Positions 9,179 through 16,819 of a stretch of DNA of 32,000 bases are shown here, one piece after another. Below the pieces are notes generated by a model that did no database searches, had not been told where the DNA came from, and saw only the letters and a list, made by a program, of their open reading frames with translations. How positions within the stretch are numbered: position 1 is the stretch's first letter; each line of letters starts with the position of its first letter. Origin of the DNA: Patescibacteria group bacterium (GTDB lineage Bacteria > Patescibacteriota > UBA1384 > XYA2-FULL-43-10); the NCBI GenBank assembly GCA_041674405.1, contig JBAYVT010000001.1, positions 60,001 to 92,000 on the forward strand. Reading direction: 5' to 3'. Both the position numbers and the translations under genes were made by a program.

Positions 9179-9282
9179 GAGGCAAGCTCTCGCTAATTTC
9201 AAATATCAAATTTCTAATTTCAAACAAAATTTTTTAATGTTCAAAATTTGATATTTTATTTGTAATTCGTCATTCGGATTTT

Positions 9283-9356
9283 GACATTTTGTTTGTCATT
9301 TTACATTTGTAATTTGACATTTCAATTGTCATTTGTCATTTGTAATTTGACATTTA
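9283..9356. repeat. 33-bp tandem repeat, ~2.2 copies plus a degenerate copy upstream
   Basis: Unit 9283-9315 versus unit 9316-9348 match at 28 of 33 positions by hand alignment. A third partial unit overlaps the fusA stop. G(A/T)CATT submotifs recur with spacing 14-12-7. Confidence 0.8.
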
Positions 9357-11426
9357 CTTGGCTTTTCCCTCAATAATCTGCTGTGCAACATGCGGCGGAA
9401 CTTCGGCATATTTCTCAAATTCCATCGTGTTTGAAGCTCTACCCTGTGTCATCGAGCGAAGCGAAGTGGTATAGCCGAACATCGAGCCAAGTGGCACAAG
9501 CGCATGGACAAATTTGACGCTGCCCTTATCCCCCATCTCAAGAATCTGGCCGCGCTTCGAATTAAGGTCGCCCATAACATCGCCCATAAAATCTTCCGGG
9601 GTAAGGACTTCAACCTTCATGATAGGCTCGAGGATCACAGGATCAGCCTTCTTGAAACCATCCTGGAACGCCATCGAACCGGCAATCTTAAAGGCCATCT
9701 CAGACGAGTCAACTTCGTGGAATGAACCATCAAAAAGGTCGACTGCGACGTCAACAACCGGGTATCCGGCGATCACACCCTTACTCATTGCCTCTTCGAT
9801 ACCTTCATTGATCGGATTGATGAATTCACGAGGAATAGCGCCGCCAACGATGTTATTGATAAACTCATAACCTTTGCCGGCTTCCTGTGGAATAACCTTG
9901 ATAACAACATGTCCGTATTGGCCGCGCCCACCGGTCTGGCGGATATATTTGCCTTCTTGGGTGACTTCTTTGCGGCAAGTTTCGCGGTAAGCAACCTGCG
10001 GCTGGCCGACGTTGGCCTCTACCTTAAATTCACGTTTCATGCGGTCAACAAGGATCTCAAGGTGAAGCTCGCCCATACCGGCGATGATAGTCTGGCCGGT
10101 TTCCTGATTGGATGAGACGCGGAAAGTCGGATCTTCTTCAGCCAAACGCGCGAGTGCGATGCCCATTTTCTCTTGGTCAGCCTTGGTTTTCGGCTCGATA
10201 GCCACTTCGATAACAGGCTCCGGGAAAGTGATCTTCTCAAGAATCACCGGCTTTTCCATATCGCAAAGAGTTTCACCAGTTGTGGTGTTTGATAAACCGA
10301 CAGCGGCAGCGATTTCACCGGCATAGACCTCATCTACCTCTTCGCGGTGATTGGCATGTAAGCGGACGATTCGGCCGATGCGCTCTTTGCTACCAGTAGA
10401 TGAATTTAAAATGTATGAACCCTTCTTAAGGACGCCGCGGTAAACACGGAAAAAGATCAATTTGCCAACGAACGGATCAGCAGCAACTTTAAATGCTAGT
10501 GCCGCAAATGGCTCGTTATCATCGGCTTTGATCTCGATTTCCTCACCGGATTTCGGCTCGATTGCCTTGGCTGGCGGAACATCAAGAGGGGAGGGTAGGT
10601 AATCAACGATAGCATCCAAAAGTGAGATTACGATACAACCACGGCCATCGCCACCAAGAACCGGGTAAAAAGTACCGGTCAGAGTCGCTTTGCGAATTAG
10701 ATTGATAAGCTCGGACTCGGAAATTTCCTCGCCGTTCAAATATTTCTCCATCATCGCATCATCAAATTCGACAACTTTCTCGATAAGCTCTTGGCGATAC
10801 TTTTCAGCCTTCTCTTTGAGATCGGCTGGAACTTCGCCGGGTGTTAGCTCTTTATCATGATATTCCTTGTATGTGTAGCCCTTCATGCGGACCAAATCGA
10901 TAACGCCGTTAATAGACTGCTCAAAACCGATCGGGATCTGAATCGGGAAACAATTCGGCGAAAGACGTTCGCGCATCGAGTCAAGCGAGCGGTAGAAATC
11001 ACCGCCTGTCTGATTGATCTTATTGATAAAGCACATTCGAGGAACAGTATATTTATCAGCCTGACGCCATACAGTCTCGGACTGCGGCTCGACTCCCATT
11101 TTGCCATCGAAAATTACGACTGCCCCGTCAAGAACACGCAAAGAGCGCTCTACCTCTACGGTAAAGTCCACGTGGCCCGGAGTATCGATGATATTGATTC
11201 GATTGTTCTTCCAAAAAGCGGTGGTAGCGGCGGATGTAATAGTAATGCCGCGCTCACGCTCCTGCTCCATCCAGTCCATGGTAGCTTCACCTTCGTGAAC
11301 TTCGCCGATTTTGTGAGTTCGACCCGTGGTGTACAAAATACCCTCTGTAACAGTGGTTTTTCCGGCGTCGATGTGAGCAATAGTGCCAAAGTTTCTAACT
11401 TTTTCTAGTGGATAATCTCGTCCCAT
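9354..11426 (-). CDS. fusA: Elongation factor G
   Basis: 690 aa; [14 protein letters not shown] and NKID-like (INKIN) motifs; GGAGA SD. Confidence 0.98.
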   Translation of the reverse strand: MGRDYPLEKVRNFGTIAHIDAGKTTVTEGILYTTGRTHKIGEVHEGEATMDWMEQERERGITITSAATTAFWKNNRINIIDTPGHVDFTVEVERSLRVLDGAVVIFDGKMGVEPQSETVWRQADKYTVPRMCFINKINQTGGDFYRSLDSMRERLSPNCFPIQIPIGFEQSINGVIDLVRMKGYTYKEYHDKELTPGEVPADLKEKAEKYRQELIEKVVEFDDAMMEKYLNGEEISESELINLIRKATLTGTFYPVLGGDGRGCIVISLLDAIVDYLPSPLDVPPAKAIEPKSGEEIEIKADDNEPFAALAFKVAADPFVGKLIFFRVYRGVLKKGSYILNSSTGSKERIGRIVRLHANHREEVDEVYAGEIAAAVGLSNTTTGETLCDMEKPVILEKITFPEPVIEVAIEPKTKADQEKMGIALARLAEEDPTFRVSSNQETGQTIIAGMGELHLEILVDRMKREFKVEANVGQPQVAYRETCRKEVTQEGKYIRQTGGRGQYGHVVIKVIPQEAGKGYEFINNIVGGAIPREFINPINEGIEEAMSKGVIAGYPVVDVAVDLFDGSFHEVDSSEMAFKIAGSMAFQDGFKKADPVILEPIMKVEVLTPEDFMGDVMGDLNSKRGQILEMGDKGSVKFVHALVPLGSMFGYTTSLRSMTQGRASNTMEFEKYAEVPPHVAQQIIEGKAK

Positions 11427-11529
11427 AATCTCTCCAAAAATGAATTTATCTGTGTCTATCTGTGAAATAGATCTGTGAATGTTTCATCATCTTAAATGCA
11501 AAATAAAAAATTCCCCTCATTGCTAGTCA

Positions 11530-11559
11530 ATTGTAGCACTTTTATTCTATAATTGTCAA
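11530..11559 (-). promoter_or_regulatory. Candidate promoter for fusA at the left edge of the island
   Basis: Minus sense TTGACA (11559-11554), 18-nt spacer, TACAAT (11535-11530). Confidence 0.55.
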
Positions 11560-11620
11560 ACTCTCATGGTCATAGTCGGCAATGTCTAAAATTCAAAAAA
11601 ACCAGCAAATAACAAAATAA

Positions 11621-12358
11621 TTAGACTTTGATATTGCCTTCATGGTTTAGTTCTTTTTCAAATTCGGATTTCAAAAATAGTAGTTGACTAAACGAATCCT
11701 GGTCTTCTTTCAAAAGATTTTGAATTACGTTTGTAATCGTCTGATTACCATACACCCTTGGGAAAAGAATCTTGAAGTGACTATAATATAGATTAAAATC
11801 TATTAAGTTTTCCCGAAGCTCCGCTCCGGAAATTTCAAAAAAAGACAAAACATTGTCAAGTGGCGTAAAATTTTTTTCATGTTCAAGACTTGTTCTCCCG
11901 TAAATTATAATATTTTTTAGCTCTTCACTAGAAAGATTCGCTTGTTCAATTTTTTTAGCATACTCGGGGTTCGTCGCTGTTATCAAATCAACTTTAACAT
12001 TATTATTAAAGTCCTTAATCAAGACGAGAGTATTTGACAATCTACTGTTCCTTTCATCCCGGTCTAGTAGTTTTCTCTCGTGCTGTAGCTGTTTCTGCTG
12101 AATTTGTTTAAGCCAATATGTTTCTTTTGTGTACTGCAGAATAGCGATAAAAGTTAGAAACAAAATTTGGGCAGAGATATAGTCTGTCAAACTAACATTG
12201 CCCATCGCAAAACAATATATAAGTAGCCCTGACCCAATAATAAATAGTAAAAAATTCATCGAATCAAAAAAGTCTAATAAAAAATATTTCTTCCACCACT
12301 TCTTAATTTCACGAAATTTTTTGTTGATTCTGGTCAACTGCTCATTAGTGTTTTGCAT
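11621..12358 (-). CDS. Hypothetical membrane protein: 2 N-terminal TM helices, coiled-coil-like Q/K/E stretch, ~140-aa soluble C-terminal domain
   Basis: 245 aa. Hydrophobic segments are FLLFIIGSGLLIYCFAMG and ISAQILFLTFIAILQY, followed by WLKQIQQKQLQHERKLL. I recognise no family confidently. Confidence 0.6.
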   Translation of the reverse strand: MQNTNEQLTRINKKFREIKKWWKKYFLLDFFDSMNFLLFIIGSGLLIYCFAMGNVSLTDYISAQILFLTFIAILQYTKETYWLKQIQQKQLQHERKLLDRDERNSRLSNTLVLIKDFNNNVKVDLITATNPEYAKKIEQANLSSEELKNIIIYGRTSLEHEKNFTPLDNVLSFFEISGAELRENLIDFNLYYSHFKILFPRVYGNQTITNVIQNLLKEDQDSFSQLLFLKSEFEKELNHEGNIKV

Positions 12359-12436
12359 AAGTACTTTGTCCCAAATATTCTATAATAAATCTTAGTAAGA
12401 TAAACTTGTCCTAAGTCTGATTTTTCGACGATAGCT

Positions 12437-12799
12437 CTACCGGATCAGTTCGTGTTTGAAATATTTTTCTTGGAACTCTACGGCTTTTTCGATTTCTTCG
12501 TCGAAATAGTCCCCGTCGTTGGCGGCACCAACCAATTTGTCTTCATTGTCATCTGTGCGGTGGATAATAGCGATGATTTTCACCTGTACTGATTCAACCG
12601 GCTTGTCTTCACCAAGAACAAAGACATCAATATCGTCGCCGTCGCCGGCTTTTATCCCTTCGATATAGCCATAATTAATCGGGTAAATGTGGTCGGGGTA
12701 TTTAGGATGAGCCGAGCCGAGCGGCCGATCTATTGTGACATTGTACTCTCTACCTAAAAATTTTTTATAATCCATTGAATCCCACCTAAATTCTGTCAT
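12437..12799 (-). CDS. Short inorganic pyrophosphatase-like protein
   Basis: DRPLGSAHPKYP...YGYIEG...DGDDIDVFVLG...DDNEDKLVGA resembles the family I PPase acidic core. I chose ATG 12799-12797, which forms an ATGA overlap with the CYTH stop. Confidence 0.65.
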   Translation of the reverse strand: MTEFRWDSMDYKKFLGREYNVTIDRPLGSAHPKYPDHIYPINYGYIEGIKAGDGDDIDVFVLGEDKPVESVQVKIIAIIHRTDDNEDKLVGAANDGDYFDEEIEKAVEFQEKYFKHELIR

Positions 12800-13305
12800 T
12801 TGTTTATAAGACGTTCTCGGATCATATCGGGATAGCCGCATTTATCGAGGCGATCGGATTTTTTGAAGCCAAATAGCTTTTCAATCTTCTCAACCTCTGA
12901 AATACTTGGTGATTCAATTTCTATAAAGTTGCCGAGATCTACTACTTCGTCAATCACGATTTCCGAATCACCATAGATATAAACTCTGCGCTTTTTATCC
13001 ACAACGACATCTATATCATGGCCGATTTTTTGTAATATTTCTTTTGCCATTTTGGCATCATCAATAGACATTTCCCATTCATCGGTCCGAGCATATGACG
13101 GAACGAAGTGATAAGCGAGTTCCTTTTTGTCTCCTTTTTCCCTGACTCTAAGATATTTGCGTCCCTCGGCGTTGTCCGGAACGAGAAAATACGTGTCGAT
13201 GCAGCGAAACTCTTTGACATATTTTGCGTCTATTTGATCCAACTTTTTGATAACTGCATCAGGATCGTCAATTTTGTACTTTAGTTCAATTTCAACATTT
13301 GGCAT
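12796..13305 (-). CDS. CYTH-domain protein (CyaB-like class IV adenylyl cyclase / triphosphate tunnel metalloenzyme family)
   Basis: 169 aa. N-terminal EIELKY (ExExK signature), YLRVRE, and IDEVVDLGNFIEIE C-terminal pattern typical of CyaB-like CYTH proteins. Confidence 0.75.
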   Translation of the reverse strand: MPNVEIELKYKIDDPDAVIKKLDQIDAKYVKEFRCIDTYFLVPDNAEGRKYLRVREKGDKKELAYHFVPSYARTDEWEMSIDDAKMAKEILQKIGHDIDVVVDKKRRVYIYGDSEIVIDEVVDLGNFIEIESPSISEVEKIEKLFGFKKSDRLDKCGYPDMIRERLINK

Positions 13306-13909
13306 GGGATTTTATATCTCCAATTAATTCTGGAAATTCATCTTGATTGAAGTGCCCGCGGTCTTCGAAGACCTGGGATTTGGCACTTGGCAGCTGCTTT
13401 TCAAATACCGCAAGCTCCGAATACGGCACTATCGGGTCGTCTTTGCTTTGATACAAGAAGATATTTTTCGCCTGTTTTTCGATATTGGAAAGCGAGTCTG
13501 GAAGCCTGAAATCTTCACAATCTGCAGTGTTATTATGCGGTGGAGCTACCAGATGAAGTGATTTGATCTTCTTCGGAAAGTCATTCTCAGCCAGGTATTT
13601 GGCGAGGAACATGCCGCCAAGAGAGTGGCCTATTAGAACCACGTCGTCGTTTAGGAACGGAAACATGCGCTCAAACCAGATTTTCCACTCCTTATATTTC
13701 GCATCATATTTGTTTGGCATTTGGGGGTTGAAAACCTCAAAATCATCGCCGAGTACGGACTGAAGTGAAATTTTCCAGTCATACCTGGTTTTAAACTTCT
13801 CTGGTCTTACTTCCCAGGTTTTTAGCGAGTTCAGATAGTCTTCGTACGTTTTGAACGAATCCCCGCCATGCATCACAACCACTTGTTTCTTTGCCATTAT
13901 TGAGTCCAC
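13292..13909 (-). CDS. Alpha/beta serine hydrolase (YdeN/RBBP9-like)
   Basis: GHSLGG nucleophile elbow, later SKDDPIV and DRGHF. The track start at 13909 is GTG; ATG at 13897 (MAKKQVVVMHGG) is an alternative. Confidence 0.7.
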   Translation of the reverse strand: MDSIMAKKQVVVMHGGDSFKTYEDYLNSLKTWEVRPEKFKTRYDWKISLQSVLGDDFEVFNPQMPNKYDAKYKEWKIWFERMFPFLNDDVVLIGHSLGGMFLAKYLAENDFPKKIKSLHLVAPPHNNTADCEDFRLPDSLSNIEKQAKNIFLYQSKDDPIVPYSELAVFEKQLPSAKSQVFEDRGHFNQDEFPELIGDIKSHAKC

Positions 13910-13968
13910 AATTAATTATTTCTACCTTAACACTACGCTCTGGTATGATGTTTTTCAAGCTTTGGTGA

Positions 13969-14226
13969 TCAATATTCCAATTTATATCTCCCGTTTATCA
14001 AGAAGTAGGCTGGGAGATTGTTTTTATCTTCGGCAAGGATTCCGAGGACGTTTTTGCAGTCGCATTGCAGAAAATCGGGAGGGGGCGAACTTAGATATTT
14101 ATTTGGCGCTAATATATTCGACACATGGCAAAAGTGATTTTTGCACTCCCCTACCTTACTCATCTCGAGAACAACCTTGCCGCAGTCACTGCAGACTACT
14201 TTGACTGAACCTGTCCCTCCATCCAT
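13969..14226 (-). CDS. Small Cys-rich (zinc-ribbon-like) protein ZnA, 85 aa
   Basis: I chose ATG 14226 because GGAAGGAG lies 4 nt upstream; the track start at 14250 is TTG. Motifs: VVCSDCG...CKNHFCH...CDCKNVLGILAED. Confidence 0.6.
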   Translation of the reverse strand: MDGGTGSVKVVCSDCGKVVLEMSKVGECKNHFCHVSNILAPNKYLSSPPPDFLQCDCKNVLGILAEDKNNLPAYFLINGRYKLEY

Positions 14227-14248
14227 CGCACTCCTTCCAAAAATTAGC

Positions 14249-14420
14249 AAAATAAAAAGGGTCTCCCGCTGGCGGCACCCTTGCGGGTGCCCTACAACCT
14301 TTCGGCCGTAGACACATCAGCATACCAGACAGAAGACCGTCTTTATTGCTGATGTGTATTTTTTGCCATGCCCTTGCGGGTTTAGGCAATTGCTGTGTTA
14401 TCGACAGCATCAATATTTTA
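14249..14420 (-). promoter_or_regulatory. Structured 5' leader of ZnA with GNRA hairpins and a terminator/antiterminator-like 3' end (unclassified)
   Basis: Minus sense: UUGCC..CCC-GCAA-GGG..GGCAA; an 11-bp stem ACACAUCAGCA/UGCUGAUGUGU; CUACGGCC-GAAA-GGUUGUAG; GGCACCC-GCAA-GGGUGCC (14291-14274). The 3' arm of that last hairpin is shared with GGGU..CCG-CCAG-CGG..ACCC followed by UUUUUAUUUU (14280-14249). A weak possible promoter is TTGGAT-17-TTTAAT (14466-14438). Confidence 0.45.
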
Positions 14421-14506
14421 CCCCAAATCAATGGAGAATTAAATAGCATTTAATACATCTATCCAACCCTGCAAACAACTCGCCCCGAAAACAATTCAAC
14501 AAAACC

Positions 14507-14544
14507 TATCGTCGATTTATCGACGATCGTTCATATTTCGACGA
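14507..14544. repeat. 38-bp nested-palindrome repeat R1 (putative operator)
   Basis: tatcgtcgatttatcgacgatcgttcatatttcgacga, containing the dyads tcgtcgat-tt-atcgacga and acgatcgt. Confidence 0.85.
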
Positions 14545-14573
14545 CCAAAGACAATACAAGGATATGCGGATTG

Positions 14574-14603
14574 TTGACCTAGGTGTATTTCTTAAGTTAA
14601 TAT
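14574..14603 (+). promoter_or_regulatory. Candidate promoter of the G+C-rich orphan unit
   Basis: TTGACC (14574-14579), then TTAATA after 17 nt or TAATAT after 18 nt; 30 bp downstream of R1. Confidence 0.5.
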
Positions 14604-14609
14604 TGCTGC

Positions 14610-14921
14610 AAGTTGCCTAAACCACTGCACTGGAGCTGAGAATCATGCCAAAACATCCTCGAGGCAAAAGAGGTGGCCGAAGCAATCCCGGAAAGGGCAG
14701 CAAGTCCTCGATGGAAAAGCGCTGTGGATTGCCGGCACATCCCCTCCCGCAAGCGATTGACCATTCGGGAACGCTCGGCCCAGACATGGGATGGCTAGAC
14801 CACGAAGCACCCGGAGTAGACTTTCTGAGCCTACCTCCAACCACTCGCGACCACGGGCAATAGCCCAATCCTCGCAGAACCAAGAAAGGCGCCGGCAAAA
14901 GTCGGGGCCTTCTTGTTTTTT
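14610..14921 (+). ncRNA. Orphan G+C-rich transcription unit: candidate ~310-nt ncRNA (alternatively a 72-aa basic protein, 14645-14863)
   Basis: Bounded by the promoter above and an intrinsic terminator (stem 14884-14912 with AAAA loop, then UUGUUUUUU). In the 72-codon ORF, 39 of 72 third positions are G/C by hand count, i.e. no GC3 enrichment. The first 60 codons of the neighbouring G+C-rich MTase give 44 of 60. Confidence 0.35.
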
Positions 14922-14933
14922 AATTAAAAATTC

Positions 14934-15173
14934 TTAGCAATGGCCTTTGTGATAGACTTTGCCTTGAATTATTTTGTTCGCTTTCCTTGTGTGATATGTT
15001 GCCTCACGAGCAAAAAGCCCGCCACATTTGGGACACTTTAAGTCACCATTCGTATAATCTTCGATAATCCGATCTTTATAACATTTTACGAGATGGCCGG
15101 GCTTATCTTTTTGATAGTAATAAAGCTCGGCATTGCAATTTGCGCAGTAGATTTTGATTTTATATATCTTCAT
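14934..15173 (-). CDS. Small Cys-rich (zinc-ribbon-like) protein ZnB, 79 aa, apparent paralog of ZnA
   Basis: IYCANCN...VKC...KCPKCGGLFAREA, with the same knuckle order and G-hydrophobic-hydrophobic-A-acidic motif as ZnA. Confidence 0.6.
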   Translation of the reverse strand: MKIYKIKIYCANCNAELYYYQKDKPGHLVKCYKDRIIEDYTNGDLKCPKCGGLFAREATYHTRKANKIIQGKVYHKGHC

Positions 15174-15187
15174 TATTTTGAATTCCG

Positions 15188-15814
15188 TTATCGTCGATTT
15201 ATCGACGATCGTTTATATTTCGACGATTGGATTTTATCATTAACGGATTCTCGCTCTACTGGTTTGTGACCGGGATTTTTGGATAGAATTTTTGCGATGT
15301 AATTTTCGATATTTGACGATTCAACTACAAAGTAAGCCACATATTCCTCAACTCGATATTCTTTGGACAGCATTTCCACCATATCACCGATATTCCGATC
15401 GCAGACCCAGAGACTTTTCTGAATTTGCCGAAAGCCCATTTGTTTTATCGATCTTCGAAATGCATTTCTTTGTCTTTTTTTAGTCTCTGGAATATCGAAC
15501 GAAACGAGCCGGCGTTTATGGTCTTTCTGGTCCAATACTAATTTGTCGATCATTTTAATCTTTGCTTTATTAGTAAATTTCACCGAATCGCCATTATCAA
15601 TCTCAACATAATTATTTCTCTTAAGGCTATAAATCACGCTCGAAATCTGCCGCCTCGAAATACCGGAAGCACCAAAGCGAACATTAAAATAATCAAGCAT
15701 TTCTGTTTGTTTCATTGATCGTTGATGCTTTTTTACAAATTCAATGATCAAATTTAACGCAGTTTCAATGCATCCTTTCATTAATATCTGCGAATTTCTA
15801 GGCGTCATATACAT
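15188..15814 (-). CDS. PaaX-family-like regulator: N-terminal winged-helix plus Cas2-like ferredoxin-fold domain
   Basis: 208 aa. The wHTH-like segment is ISRRQISSVIYSLKRNNYVE. RLVSFDIPETKKRQRNAFRRSIKQMGFRQIQKSLWVC...YVAYFVVES matches the beta-alpha-beta pattern of Cas2/PaaX central domains. Confidence 0.65.
   Translation of the reverse strand: MYMTPRNSQILMKGCIETALNLIIEFVKKHQRSMKQTEMLDYFNVRFGASGISRRQISSVIYSLKRNNYVEIDNGDSVKFTNKAKIKMIDKLVLDQKDHKRRLVSFDIPETKKRQRNAFRRSIKQMGFRQIQKSLWVCDRNIGDMVEMLSKEYRVEEYVAYFVVESSNIENYIAKILSKNPGHKPVERESVNDKIQSSKYKRSSINRR
15189..15226. repeat. 38-bp repeat R2
   Basis: Identical to R1 except one C>T (37/38). It lies 15 nt upstream of the ZnB ATG and encodes the last ~12 codons of the regulator ORF. 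Confidence 0.85.
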
Positions 15815-15846
15815 AACTCAAGTATACTCCAAAAATCGCCAATGTA

Positions 15847-15884
15847 TGCCGTCGAATATTGAACGATCGTTCATATTTCGACGA
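15847..15884. repeat. 38-bp repeat R3 (diverged), with an inverted partial half-site at 15903-15916
   Basis: The 24-bp core gaacgatcgttcatatttcgacga matches R1 at 22 of 24 positions, and about 31 of 38 overall. It lies between the divergent regulator and methyltransferase genes. Confidence 0.75.
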
Positions 15885-16030
15885 TAACCTTAATACAATT
15901 TATCGAAGATGAACGAAATTATATAATGGATCTTTGTTGATGATTATATTTTGATCATGGACAAATTCGCGGGAATGTGCTATCGTTTATCGTTGTCTGC
16001 ACACCACACACTGAAGGAGGAAGAAGACAG

Positions 16031-16819
16031 ATGAACAAGACCGCCCAAAGACTTTCGAAGAGGTGGCCGCCCTTTCTCCACAAAGTTGTGGAGGCGCCGT
16101 ATGAATCGGCGGACGTGATCTTGCGCATGCTCCGATACAATCCAGAGAAGGCGATGGCAAAGTATCCCCGGCTTCGTGAGATCAAGGACGCATCGGAGAT
16201 CAGCCGGGTCTTTGCGCGCTATGGCCCCCATGGCATCTTCACGGTATCGGACAAGGAGCTGCCGAGGGTGATGGCAGCAGTCGGTGACAACTATGGGGTG
16301 CTCATGACCGTCGAGGACCACGCCTGGATCATGGACAACCTCCTGGAGCAGCTCAGGAGTCCCGCGTCGTTTCTCGATGTGGGATGCGGAGTTTGTCCCT
16401 ACACCGCTTTCCTGGTCCGTGAGGGATACCTTCGCGGCCAGGTGGTGGGAGTCGACCAGATGCCCGAAATACTTGGCCGCGCAAGAGAAGTCTTCGAGCG
16501 CGCACAGGCATCTCACCCACTGGTCCTCGGGACTGCGCTCCGGCTTCCGTTTGCAGATGCGTCCTTCGAACACGTGTTCTGCAACGATGCCCTGCACTGG
16601 ATCAAGGGGTGGAGACGCGCACTCAACGAGATGTGCCGCGTGCTTGCACCAGGCGGACGGCTGTTTGTCTGCTACTCGGTGAAGTTCACGCGAACGCTGA
16701 TCACCGAGCGCGGCATCATCGAGGAGCTGGCCAAGCACGGGATCAAGCCCGCGTTCGTCTCGTTCGACGCCGTGGGCAGCCAGACGCCCCGGACGATTGT
16801 CACCGGGTGCAAAGAATAG
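16031..16819 (+). CDS. Class I SAM-dependent methyltransferase (G+C-rich)
   Basis: Motif I FLDVGCGVCPY, then LRLPFADASFEHVF and LAPGGRLFV. I chose ATG 16031 after AAGGAGG; the track start at 15977 is GTG. Confidence 0.75.
   Translation: MNKTAQRLSKRWPPFLHKVVEAPYESADVILRMLRYNPEKAMAKYPRLREIKDASEISRVFARYGPHGIFTVSDKELPRVMAAVGDNYGVLMTVEDHAWIMDNLLEQLRSPASFLDVGCGVCPYTAFLVREGYLRGQVVGVDQMPEILGRAREVFERAQASHPLVLGTALRLPFADASFEHVFCNDALHWIKGWRRALNEMCRVLAPGGRLFVCYSVKFTRTLITERGIIEELAKHGIKPAFVSFDAVGSQTPRTIVTGCKE

Noticed and set aside
12423-12508. Extra operator half-sites (tttcgacgata; tcgtcgaaata) near the PPase 3' end
   Set aside because: These are only 11-nt matches. One lies in coding sequence, and a similar 9-mer occurs inside rpoC (19443-19451). 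By rough estimate, chance matches of this length to a 38-bp query are expected in 64 kb of two-strand sequence. I mention them only as a caveat under the operon finding.
14186-14449. 87-aa minus-strand ORF over the leader region, and the 93-aa minus ORF 14617-14898
   Set aside because: There is no SD, the composition is unprotein-like, and the ORFs overlap hairpin-dense or G+C-rich sequence where long shadow ORFs arise by chance.
14610-14921. G+C-rich unit as RNase P RNA, tmRNA or SRP RNA
   Set aside because: I could not find GAGGAAAGUCC or ACAGAAnCCGGCUUA (RNase P), a tRNA-like end (tmRNA), or the GGAA-GGAAGCAGC helix-8 motif (SRP). Only loose resemblances exist, such as CCCGGAAAGGGCAGCA. 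A covariance-model search is needed.
14507-15884. The three 38-bp repeats as a CRISPR array
   Set aside because: The copies are ~650-680 bp apart with genes between them, there are only three, and they are internally palindromic in an operator-like way. There are no spacer-sized intervals.
15980-16738. 252-aa minus-strand ORF antisense to the methyltransferase. Also 17053-17595 and 17344-17802 within the M48 gene, and 30141-30725 antisense to purL.
   Set aside because: These are shadow ORFs typical of G+C-rich coding DNA. The sense frames carry clear MTase, HExxH and PurL motifs.
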